Made by a program: the position numbers and the translations under genes
Notes under the pieces: generated by a model
The model's database searches: none
What the model saw: only the letters and a program-made list of their open reading frames with translations
Told to the model about the DNA's origin: nothing
Source of the DNA: Verrucomicrobiota bacterium
GTDB lineage: Bacteria > Verrucomicrobiota > Kiritimatiellia > CAJWTS01
NCBI GenBank assembly: GCA_027623315.1
Contig: JAQBYD010000007.1
Location: 13,111-77,110 of the forward strand
Direction of reading: 5' to 3'
Length of the DNA stretch: 64,000 nt
Shown: piece after piece, positions 1-8,396 of the stretch
How the letters are laid out: each line of letters begins with the position of its first letter
Position numbering within the stretch: the stretch's first letter is position 1

Positions 1-346
1 TCTTGAGTTCCTCGATAAGCTGCTGCCCCACTTCGACGGAGGCCGCGAGCGGCTTCTCGGTGAACAGGGGAATGCCTGCGGCATACAGTGGCGGCAGCAG
101 TCGCCCATGATGATTAAACGGTTGCGAAGCGACAATTCCCTCGAGCGACTCGGCCTCGATCATCTCAGCAGCCGACTCGTAAGTTCGGGAAATGCCGTAC
201 TTTGCCGCCACACGCTCGCGAAGTTTGGGGCGCAACTCCGATATTGCGACCACCTCGCACTGGTCGATGGTGGCGTAGTTCCGCAAGTGCGCACACTGCC
301 CCATCGATCCAACACCTGCAAATCCGATCTTTACCGGGTCACTCAT
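1..346 (-). CDS. Gfo/Idh/MocA family oxidoreductase, N-terminal part (gene continues beyond the left window edge)
   Basis: Own reverse translation from ATG at 346-344: MSDPVKIGFAGVGSMGQCAHLRNYATIDQCEVVAISELRPKL...GIPLFTEKPLAASVE. It shows a Rossmann start and the family EKP motif, with an AGGAGA RBS just upstream. It is absent from the ORF track because no stop lies inside the window. Confidence 0.8.
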   Translation of the reverse strand, partial: MSDPVKIGFAGVGSMGQCAHLRNYATIDQCEVVAISELRPKLRERVAAKYGISRTYESAAEMIEAESLEGIVASQPFNHHGRLLPPLYAAGIPLFTEKPLAASVEVGQQLIEELK

Positions 347-522
347 TTCATTCTCCTGTCCTGGTCATCGAGATCTCTACTCAATTCAATACACCGAAGA
401 TCGCCTCAATAGCCCATCCGTCTACAGCATGCGGGGAGTTCGGTCAACCTTACGATGTGGTTCATTTCCTGCTTCCACTCCTGCACCATTCCTGATAGGA
501 ACGCGCACTTAATGCGGAGACA

Positions 523-1347
523 ATGGAATCGAAAGCCAACCCCACCAGGGAGACTATGAGCAAATCACGAGCATCGAAAATTGCTGCCATCACCTACACG
601 CTTCGCGACCTCGCGAAGAAACCGTCAGATGTTCCGAAAGTCCTCAAGAAGGTCCGCAAGATCGGGTACCTTAACATCCAGGCCTCGGGCGGACTGTACA
701 TCGAGCTGCCACCCGCAGAGCTTCGCAAGATGGCTGACGACGCCGGGTTAAAGATCATCGGCGCGCACATCGGCCTCGCCGATATGCAGAATGACCTCTC
801 GGCGGTCGTCGACCAGCTTGAGACATATGGCACGCGCTACGTTTCGATCCCGATCGTCAATCCAGACAAGAAGACGGCGGCTGAATGGCGGCGCTTGTCG
901 CGGCAGTTCGAAATCGAGGCTAAGCGGCTCTCCAAACATGGCATCATCCTGCAGTATCACAATCATGCGCACGAGTTTGAGAAGTTCGGAATTCGAGGCG
1001 GCAAGGGCGGAGCCACCGCGCATGAGATCATCATGCAAAACTCATCGTTGCAGGCCGAACTCGACGTGGCATGGGTGGCACGTGGCGGATATGACCCCGC
1101 GGACTATCTCGCCGGGCTCAAGGGTCGAGCCGATCAGATCCACGCCAAGGACTGGGGTATCGTCAACGGGCAACCTGAATGGCGTGCCGTCGGCGAAGGT
1201 GGGCTGAACTGGAAGGCGATCGTGAAAGCAGCCAAGACCGCGCGCGTCAAGATGTACATCGTTGAGCAGGACAACTGCCCCGTCACGAACGATCCACTCA
1301 AAAGCATCGCGATCAGCTTTGAGAACCTGATGCAAATGCCGCTGTGA
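523..1347 (+). CDS. sugar phosphate isomerase/epimerase (xylose isomerase-like TIM barrel)
   Basis: 274-aa ORF with the spaced H/D/E pattern of this fold (GAHIGL, QYHNHAHEF, IHAKDW, YIVEQD). An alternative ATG at 556 is preceded by AGGGAG. Confidence 0.8.
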   Translation: MESKANPTRETMSKSRASKIAAITYTLRDLAKKPSDVPKVLKKVRKIGYLNIQASGGLYIELPPAELRKMADDAGLKIIGAHIGLADMQNDLSAVVDQLETYGTRYVSIPIVNPDKKTAAEWRRLSRQFEIEAKRLSKHGIILQYHNHAHEFEKFGIRGGKGGATAHEIIMQNSSLQAELDVAWVARGGYDPADYLAGLKGRADQIHAKDWGIVNGQPEWRAVGEGGLNWKAIVKAAKTARVKMYIVEQDNCPVTNDPLKSIAISFENLMQMPL

Positions 1348-1402
1348 AATTCGGGCCGTCCTGCCTCAATCCGTAGCGAGAGGGCAATGGAAGCCCGAAT
1401 TT
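1347..1402. terminator. inverted repeat between convergent genes (possible bidirectional terminator)
   Basis: AAATTCGGGC (about 1347-1356) pairs with GCCCGAATTT (about 1393-1402) across a ~36-nt loop, between the stop codons of 523..1347(+) and 1406..2506(-). The loop is long and there is no strong U-tract, so support is weak. Confidence 0.3.
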
Positions 1403-1405
1403 CTA

Positions 1406-2506
1406 CTAGACCAGGGATGCGCCGGAGTCGGAGTCGAATACGTGCGCCTTGGGAAGGAACACGGGCAACTCCGCGGAATCGCCAACCGCGTGGGAGCGAT
1501 GCGCATCCACACGTGAGATGAAGCTGCTCTTGCCGGTATTCAGGTATAGAAACGTTTCGGATCCCATGGGCTCCACAACCTCAACCTGTGCCCTAATACG
1601 GGGCGCTGAGGTGAACTCTTCCGCGGCGACGGAACCAATATCTTCCGGACGGAGGCCCAAGGTCACCGCTCTCCCGGAGTGGGCGCCGAGTTTTTCGCTC
1701 CATTCCGAGGGAATCGGTACCGAGAATGAACCTTCATCGAACATCATATCGCCGTTGCGTCCGGTCAGTGATCCCTCGAAGAAGTTCATTGGTGGGGTTC
1801 CGATGAAGCTGGCCACGAATCGATTCACAGGATTGTCGTACAGGGATATTGGATCCGCGACCTGCTGAATCAAGCCCTCGTTCATGACAACGATTCGGTC
1901 GCCCATGGTCATGGCTTCGGACTGATCATGCGTCACGTAGATCATCGTCGCCTCGAGTTGGTTGTGCAGGCGGCTGATCTCGACGCGCATCTGCACGCGC
2001 ATCTTAGCGTCCAGATTCGAGAGCGGCTCATCAAAGAGAAATACCTTAGGCTTGCGCACGATGGCGCGCCCAACGGCCACGCGTTGCCTCTGCCCACCGG
2101 AGAGCGCCTTGGGGCGCCGCTGGAGGAGTTCTTCAATCCCGAGAATCTCCGCGGCTTCCATGACCCGCTCCTGAATCAGGGCTTTCTTGTACTTGCGAAG
2201 CTTGAGCCCGAACGCCATGTTGTCGTAGACGCTCATATGCGGATAGAGGGCGTAGTTCTGAAAGACCATCGCGATATCGCGATCTTTGGGAGGCACGTCA
2301 TTCACCACCCGGTCACCGATCGCAATCGTGCCCGCCGTGATCTCCTCCAGCCCGGCGACCATACGAAGGGTGGTCGATTTGCCACAGCCCGAGGGCCCCA
2401 CGAGGACAACGAACTCCTTATCTTCGATCTTAAGGTTGAAGTCGTCCACGGCCTTGACGTCGCCGGGATAGATCTTCATCACGTTCCTGAGAGTAACTTC
2501 TGCCAT
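1406..2506 (-). CDS. ABC sugar-transporter ATP-binding protein (MalK/UgpC/MsmX type)
   Basis: Walker A GPSGCGKST, signature LSGGQRQR, Walker B VFLFDEPLS, H-loop VTHD, and a ~120-aa C-terminal MalK-like regulatory domain. No permease or binding-protein gene is adjacent. Confidence 0.92.
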   Translation of the reverse strand: MAEVTLRNVMKIYPGDVKAVDDFNLKIEDKEFVVLVGPSGCGKSTTLRMVAGLEEITAGTIAIGDRVVNDVPPKDRDIAMVFQNYALYPHMSVYDNMAFGLKLRKYKKALIQERVMEAAEILGIEELLQRRPKALSGGQRQRVAVGRAIVRKPKVFLFDEPLSNLDAKMRVQMRVEISRLHNQLEATMIYVTHDQSEAMTMGDRIVVMNEGLIQQVADPISLYDNPVNRFVASFIGTPPMNFFEGSLTGRNGDMMFDEGSFSVPIPSEWSEKLGAHSGRAVTLGLRPEDIGSVAAEEFTSAPRIRAQVEVVEPMGSETFLYLNTGKSSFISRVDAHRSHAVGDSAELPVFLPKAHVFDSDSGASLV

Positions 2507-2597
2507 GTTTCGATCCTGGTCTCAGGGGAAGGTAGAGAGCGTGACAAATCCGACCCCCGCAAGCAAGCCGGAACATACGGCAAAGGGTCGGAGCCGC

Positions 2598-3347
2598 CTA
2601 GCGGCGGTTGCCGTCGAAATCGATGCGCGACCATCCGCTTCCGAACGGCCAATCGTCCGAGTCACGCGGCGCGTAATGATTGGCCATTACGTGACGAAAC
2701 GCTCCGGGCTCCTCAATGGGGCCTCCGCGATGTATCAATCGCCCGTGAAACAGGACGACATCACCGGCCGACGCTTGGACGGGCTCTTCGCTTAGTCCCG
2801 CCTCCACATGATTGAGATCTACGAGTGCATCGAGCTCGGCGCTATAGCGGTCGTCGAAAGTCTTAAACTCGACCTCTCCATATTTCTCCTTGAGTTCATG
2901 CAACTGGAGAAGATGCCGGCGATGCGACCCGGGCTGGATCCAGATCGTGCCGTTCCTGGGCCCCACATCGACGAGCGGGATCCATGCACTCATGCAACTT
3001 GGAAGATAGTACTGGTCCTGGTGCCAGCGCTGTTCCGAGCCCTTCCAGAAATACATCGTCTGAATGCCATCCGCCTCGCAGCCAAAACAGTCTGCAAGCG
3101 GTTGTCGCAAGCGCGGGTGCAAAAGCAGATCCATCGCTACGGGATCGTAGAGGTGCTGGTTGTGAGTTCTGCCCCACTCCATCTCCGTGCTCACGTTGAA
3201 TCCCTCCAGCGACTTGCGCCCGCTTTTCAGATCCATCATGTGGTCGATGACGGCCTTGCACTCGTCGGCGGCAAAGATCGTCGGCAGCACCACGAAGCCA
3301 CGCTCGTGGTACTCCTGTAGCTGGTTGGTCGTCAGGGCCGTGTGCAT
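2598..3347 (-). CDS. phytanoyl-CoA dioxygenase (PhyH) family Fe(II)/2-oxoglutarate dioxygenase
   Basis: 249 aa. It has the YHERGFVVLP N-terminal PhyH signature, WHQDQYY (HxD iron ligands) and a distal His in LFHGRLIHRG. Confidence 0.8.
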   Translation of the reverse strand: MHTALTTNQLQEYHERGFVVLPTIFAADECKAVIDHMMDLKSGRKSLEGFNVSTEMEWGRTHNQHLYDPVAMDLLLHPRLRQPLADCFGCEADGIQTMYFWKGSEQRWHQDQYYLPSCMSAWIPLVDVGPRNGTIWIQPGSHRRHLLQLHELKEKYGEVEFKTFDDRYSAELDALVDLNHVEAGLSEEPVQASAGDVVLFHGRLIHRGGPIEEPGAFRHVMANHYAPRDSDDWPFGSGWSRIDFDGNRR

Positions 3348-3363
3348 AGAACCTCGAGGCGAT

Positions 3364-4194
3364 CTAGAACTGCGCGTCCGGCCAGACCGATTTACACCCG
3401 GACATCACCTTCGTGCAGATCGTCTCAAGATCTTCGTCCCAGAGCTCTGCGTTGAAGAGCTCGACGCAGTGATAACCATCGTAGCCGCACTCCTCGACCT
3501 TCTCGGTCCAGGCCTTGAGCGGCAGGATCCCGTCACCCGGGATCACTCGATCGGCGTTGATATCCATGACCTCCCAGTGCGTATCGGCCCGGATATCGTT
3601 CAAGTGCGCATGGACGATCTTTCCCCTGGCGAGGTCAAGATCATCAACCCGGCTGGGCGTGCTCACGAAGTGCGCCGGGTCCCAGATCAAGCCGACGTTC
3701 GATCGATCCGCACGGGAGACCATATCCGCCGCCGTACGATAAGACTTGCACAGCGCGCACCAATTCACCTCCGCGGCGATCGTAACGCCAAATGGGGCCG
3801 CCGCATCCGCCATCTGCCGCACATGCGCCGCCATGGTGTCGAGATGTGCGGGGTAGTTTTCGCGCGTACGCTCCGCGGGAACATCGCACCCCACCACCAG
3901 GGCACTACACCCCAATGCCTGCATGCGCTCGCCAACCTTCTGAACGCCATCGATATCGCCCTGCCGCGCTTCGGCGTCGCCGAAGGCGCTCATGCTGATG
4001 CCGGTGCATCCGACGCATTGAAGTCCGTTATCCGTGACGACCTTAACGGCTGCATCGATGCCGTGCTCCGTGAAGTAGGCTTCAGCATGCCACATGTTGA
4101 TCTCAAAATGCTTCCAGCCCGTCTTCGCGTAGGCTTCCATGTGCTCCGGAAATGTTCCGTCGCGCGTCGTAATTTCGTGCATGGCAATCTTCAT
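3364..4194 (-). CDS. sugar phosphate isomerase/epimerase (xylose isomerase-like TIM barrel)
   Basis: 276 aa; VTIAAEVNW, IWDPAHF and HAHLNDI motifs are typical of the fold. A 4-nt overlap with the upstream gene stop (4191-4194) indicates an operon. Confidence 0.8.
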   Translation of the reverse strand: MKIAMHEITTRDGTFPEHMEAYAKTGWKHFEINMWHAEAYFTEHGIDAAVKVVTDNGLQCVGCTGISMSAFGDAEARQGDIDGVQKVGERMQALGCSALVVGCDVPAERTRENYPAHLDTMAAHVRQMADAAAPFGVTIAAEVNWCALCKSYRTAADMVSRADRSNVGLIWDPAHFVSTPSRVDDLDLARGKIVHAHLNDIRADTHWEVMDINADRVIPGDGILPLKAWTEKVEECGYDGYHCVELFNAELWDEDLETICTKVMSGCKSVWPDAQF

Positions 4195-5000
4195 AGGGTC
4201 TCCTTTGGCAGTGCGTGCAGGTCTTCGAGCTGTCGTGTTCCGTAGTCAATGATGAGGTCGTCTTCCCAAATCTCGGCCGCCGCGGCCTGCCCATGAGTGT
4301 CGTTCTTACGGTAGGGCTGGTTGTTCATCGCGTTATAGCAGCAGATGAATGCCCACCGCGCATGCTCGCTGCGGTTCTGACCCGAGCAGTGCAGGGTGTT
4401 GCTGTGAAAGAAGAGCGCGTCTCCGGGGTCCAGCTCACAATAGACACATTCCAGAATCTTTTCCGCCGCCTCGATGCGCTCCAGATTCGCCCCCACTTGA
4501 CCACCACGCATGCCGTGATCGATGCGCCCCATGCGATTCGAGCCCCTCAGAACCTGCAGGCATCCGTTCTCGCGGGTTGCCTTGTTCACCGCGATCATGC
4601 AACTGGCGAGGTCCGGAAAGAGACATCCGTCGCCGTACCAGTATCCGTAATCCTGGTGCCACTCCCATGCGCCGCCGACGAGTGGCTCCTTGAGCATCAT
4701 CTTGTAATGCCAGATGTAGGTCGCGCCGCCGAGCAACTGCTCCATCGGACCGAGGATCCGTCCCGAGCGCGCGATGGCGTTGCAGATATCCTCGCCCTCG
4801 GCACACGTAAGCCAGATACGGCTTTCGCCACCGTCAGCGTCTTTCATGATCCCACCGGTTGACATTCGGGGATCCGCCTCGGTGACACGCTCGAGCAGCT
4901 CGGTTTCGGCCTGCGTGAAAAGACCGGGGACAATCACGTAGCCGTCACGCGCGAACTCCGCCAACTGCTGCCCGGTGAATTCGTAGTTTGCCTGGTTCAC
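4191..5000 (-). CDS. phytanoyl-CoA dioxygenase (PhyH) family dioxygenase
   Basis: The ORF track gives 4191..5189, but its first 63 codons overlap the upstream TIM-barrel gene and look non-protein-like. An in-frame GTG at 5000 is preceded by GGAGGA and opens with VNQANYEFTGQQLAEFARDGYVIVPGLF. WEWHQDYGYW (HxD) and FFHSNTLHCSG are present. Confidence 0.75.
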   Translation of the reverse strand: MNQANYEFTGQQLAEFARDGYVIVPGLFTQAETELLERVTEADPRMSTGGIMKDADGGESRIWLTCAEGEDICNAIARSGRILGPMEQLLGGATYIWHYKMMLKEPLVGGAWEWHQDYGYWYGDGCLFPDLASCMIAVNKATRENGCLQVLRGSNRMGRIDHGMRGGQVGANLERIEAAEKILECVYCELDPGDALFFHSNTLHCSGQNRSEHARWAFICCYNAMNNQPYRKNDTHGQAAAAEIWEDDLIIDYGTRQLEDLHALPKETL

Positions 5001-5031
5001 TGCAATCGTCCTCCGATGAGTGGCACCCGCC

Positions 5032-5877
5032 CTACTTAATGATCGGATCGAGAACGTGGTGACCGCGCACGAGCCCCTCGTCGAATCGATCCCCGGAGTA
5101 GATCGGGTCCTCGTGCTCAATCGCGACGCCACCGCTGTACCCGATCTCATCCAGGGCGGAAATGAACTCGAACCAGTTAATCTCTCCATACCCGGGAATA
5201 CGAAATCGAAAGATATCGCCGTTGATCCCGTAGCGATAGCGGTTCTCGGGTATCATCTCCGTATCCTTCGCGTGGACGTGGTAGACGCGATCAGCGTATT
5301 CCTTCAACGCGCGCACGTGATCGATGCCCTGCCAGTAGAGGTGCGAGGGATCGAACTCAATGCCCAGCGCCTTCGACGGCACGGCGCCGAACATGTCGTC
5401 CCAGGTTCCCGGCGAACCGCCAATATTGATCGGCGTATGGGGCAGCCTGCCGTGCACCGACATCCAGTTCTCGAAGGCGATCTTCATACCGCGCTTCTCG
5501 GCCAGTTCGGCCACGGGACCGAATCGATCACCAAATAGTTTTATATTGTCATCCCAGTTGAGGCCGCCATGGAAACCACCCATCGCCGCGACAACTCCAA
5601 CCCCCAGTTTCTCGGCTGCGTCGAAGACACGTCCATAGAATGTTGGTTCCGACTTAATGCGGTCTTCCGTGCATCGGCAGAAGGTGTAGTACGCCAGCGC
5701 CGAAATCTCGATGTCGTGTTGCTTCATCAATGCCACGGCCTCATCGATCTTTGCCGAGTCCAGGTCCTCCGTCTCCGGATTGCCGAACGCTCCGACGTGC
5801 AGTTCGATCGCTCTAAACCCCAGGTTGGCCGCCTTCTCGATGTCCTGATAGCTACCTGTGAGAAATCCTAGCTTCAT
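5032..5877 (-). CDS. sugar phosphate isomerase/epimerase (xylose isomerase-like TIM barrel)
   Basis: 281 aa; KIAFENW, EFDPSHL, HVHAKD and AIEHED form the canonical ligand pattern of the fold. Confidence 0.8.
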   Translation of the reverse strand: MKLGFLTGSYQDIEKAANLGFRAIELHVGAFGNPETEDLDSAKIDEAVALMKQHDIEISALAYYTFCRCTEDRIKSEPTFYGRVFDAAEKLGVGVVAAMGGFHGGLNWDDNIKLFGDRFGPVAELAEKRGMKIAFENWMSVHGRLPHTPINIGGSPGTWDDMFGAVPSKALGIEFDPSHLYWQGIDHVRALKEYADRVYHVHAKDTEMIPENRYRYGINGDIFRFRIPGYGEINWFEFISALDEIGYSGGVAIEHEDPIYSGDRFDEGLVRGHHVLDPIIK

Positions 5878-6016
5878 TTTGATGCTCCCTTTGTTATTAA
5901 TTCAGTCGCCCTATAGCGCTTACCGATATAGCACGCAAGCACTTTCCAGACAAAAGGTGAAGCGGCGTCCGTGTGAGCGGCACGCTGTGCCGCAACGCGG
6001 CTGCGCATGCGCCCGC

Positions 6017-7150
6017 CTAGAGTAGATGCTGACCGATAAACTCCTCGTTCAGTTCGATCCCCAGGCCGGGCAGATCGGTGACCGCAACACAGCCATCTGC
6101 GTCGGGCATGAGCGATGCTTCCTTCTGATATCCCACGCGATTCCAATCGAGCGGCGTGAAGACCTCGATCAATAAACCGTTTGGGACACCCGATATACAA
6201 TTGAGATGCACCGGATCACCGCTGTTGGCGGCCACCGGAATTCGGAACGCGTGTGCCAATGCCGCTATTTTGCGCCACTCTGTAATGCCGCCGCAGGTCT
6301 GTGTCGCATCCGGGATGATCACATCGCAGGCCCGTTTCGAGATGATCTCGCGAAAGCCCCATATCGTCTGCTCATTCCCACCGGTCGCGATGGTTGTGTC
6401 GATCGTATCCGTTAATTTCTGCAAGCCCGGCAAATCATCGATCACCAGCGGGTCTTCGAACCAGAACGGGGTAAGCTCCTCAAGTGCGCGCATGGACTTA
6501 AGCGCGTGCGGAACCCCGCCGTAGCGCGAGGCGGCGGCATCGAAATTAAAGAGTAGTCGCGTCTCCGGACCGATGACGCTTCGCACCAGCCTTGCTCGCT
6601 CCATGTCCTGGTCGAGGTCTCGTCCGACGCAGATCTTGACGGCGCGGAAGCCCATCTCCATGTAGGCATGCATCTCCGACTCCAACTCGGCGAGATCATC
6701 CTGATGCGACGTGAAGGAGTAGTAGTGTCCCCCACTGGCGTAACAGGCAATGCGACTTCGGAATCCGCCCAGGAGTCGCGAAACCGGCTGGCGGCACGCC
6801 TTGCCGACAATGTCCCATAAGGCACAGTCGATAACACTGATGGCGCGAACCACCTCGCCCTTGTGGTGCGGAACCCGCCAACCGCCCTCGTGGCCGAAAA
6901 GTTTCTGCCAGATGCGTTCGTAGTTCCTGGGGTCCTCGCCTTCCAGCTTCGGGCCGAGTTGGTTCACGATGATGTCAACCGACATATCGTCGAGATCCTG
7001 GCACGCCAGAATGCCGGTGATCCCCTCGTCTGTAGAAATCTCGATGATCGTCGTGATGAATTCATCCTGCAACGCGACATCGAGAGCGTTGGCGTAGGGC
7101 TTGAGCTTCTCGATGCGAAGTGTGCGCAGCCTTATGTCTGTGATTTGCAT
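6017..7150 (-). CDS. enolase-superfamily enzyme (mandelate racemase/muconate lactonizing family, sugar-acid dehydratase-like)
   Basis: Starts most plausibly at the ATG giving MQITDIRLRTLRIEKLKPY (the track ORF begins 12 codons earlier, at 7186). FRAVKICVGRD and PFWFEDP are family motifs. Confidence 0.8.
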   Translation of the reverse strand: MQITDIRLRTLRIEKLKPYANALDVALQDEFITTIIEISTDEGITGILACQDLDDMSVDIIVNQLGPKLEGEDPRNYERIWQKLFGHEGGWRVPHHKGEVVRAISVIDCALWDIVGKACRQPVSRLLGGFRSRIACYASGGHYYSFTSHQDDLAELESEMHAYMEMGFRAVKICVGRDLDQDMERARLVRSVIGPETRLLFNFDAAASRYGGVPHALKSMRALEELTPFWFEDPLVIDDLPGLQKLTDTIDTTIATGGNEQTIWGFREIISKRACDVIIPDATQTCGGITEWRKIAALAHAFRIPVAANSGDPVHLNCISGVPNGLLIEVFTPLDWNRVGYQKEASLMPDADGCVAVTDLPGLGIELNEEFIGQHLL

Positions 7151-7246
7151 GGCGGTATTATACATGGATCCGGCGCAGAAATCCAAGCAGATCGCAGCAC
7201 GAATTGATTATCGCGGCCGCACAGACTACAACCTTGGGCAGAACGC

Positions 7247-8323
7247 ATGATCAAGAGTCTTCTCCAATGTATCCGTCGCGGACTGGCCGTGTTCGGTGTC
7301 TACCGCCGCCGCAGAGCGGCACGGCAGCGCCGCGGCGCCTGCCGCCTCACGATTTTGATGTACCATCGAATCGGCTGCGCCTCTCCCGGCAACTCAAGAC
7401 TTTCTGTATCGACGGCGCGATTCGAGGACCATCTTCGCTTTCTGCAATCCCACTACGACATTCTGGATATGGACACGGCGGTTGAGTTGCTCCGCGCGGG
7501 CCGCTCTCCGCAGCGCAACTCCGTGGCCATCACATTCGACGACGGCTACGCCGATAACGTACAGAACGCCCTCCCCCTCCTGATGAAGCACGAGGTCCCG
7601 GCCCTGGTCTACGTGGTTCCGGGATACGTGGGCACGGACAAGCTCTTCTGGTGGGATCGACTTGGGCTGGTGGCCGAGGCCACGATCGCCGCCGACGGCG
7701 AAAGTCTCTCGAACCGATCGTGGTACCTCGGTGCGGTTCGCGAGATCATCGAGAGATGCGGGCGCGATGTAGGCATCGCTGAAAGCGTGCACGCTCTCGG
7801 CGACAAATTCCAAACGCTCGAACCGGCAAAACGCGATCTCATCCTCGATGAGTGGGAGCACTCCGTCGCGGCGCACATGGACTCCGCCGCCACGTCGCGA
7901 CACGTCACCGCCGATTGGAATGCGCTTCGACAATTGGCCGAGAGCCGCGTCGATGTGGGGTGTCATACCGTTACGCACGCGTGCCTGACCATGCTCCCAC
8001 CCCAGGCGGCCAAGCAGGAGATTGAAGAGGCCCGCGTCTTGATCGAAACCCAGGTGGGACTGCCCGTACGACACTTCGCGTATCCGTACGGTCAGGCCGG
8101 CTATGTTTCCTCGGTCCTTCCGCATATGGTTCAGGAGGCGGGTTTCCAGAGCGCCTGCCTGGCCATCCCCGGCGCCTGCCAGGGATCCGGCCTGTTCACG
8201 CTTCCGCGCGTTTATGCCGGAGACTTCGATACGCGGGATCTTGAGATCCAGATCGAGCGAATCCGAAGCCCCATCGTCCCTCCCGTTCCGCCGGCGCGCC
8301 CAATGGAGTCGATCCATGCGTGA
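7247..8323 (+). CDS. polysaccharide deacetylase (NodB homology) family protein
   Basis: ILMYHRIG, AITFDDGYADN (NodB motif 1) and GCHTVTH (motif 2). An N-terminal basic/hydrophobic segment is present. Confidence 0.75.
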   Translation: MIKSLLQCIRRGLAVFGVYRRRRAARQRRGACRLTILMYHRIGCASPGNSRLSVSTARFEDHLRFLQSHYDILDMDTAVELLRAGRSPQRNSVAITFDDGYADNVQNALPLLMKHEVPALVYVVPGYVGTDKLFWWDRLGLVAEATIAADGESLSNRSWYLGAVREIIERCGRDVGIAESVHALGDKFQTLEPAKRDLILDEWEHSVAAHMDSAATSRHVTADWNALRQLAESRVDVGCHTVTHACLTMLPPQAAKQEIEEARVLIETQVGLPVRHFAYPYGQAGYVSSVLPHMVQEAGFQSACLAIPGACQGSGLFTLPRVYAGDFDTRDLEIQIERIRSPIVPPVPPARPMESIHA

Positions 8324-8396
8324 AACCGGAAATCTGATTCGTCACCATTCGACTGATTCACAGGACTGAAGACCGCGTAAGCCGCAAGGCCGCGAT

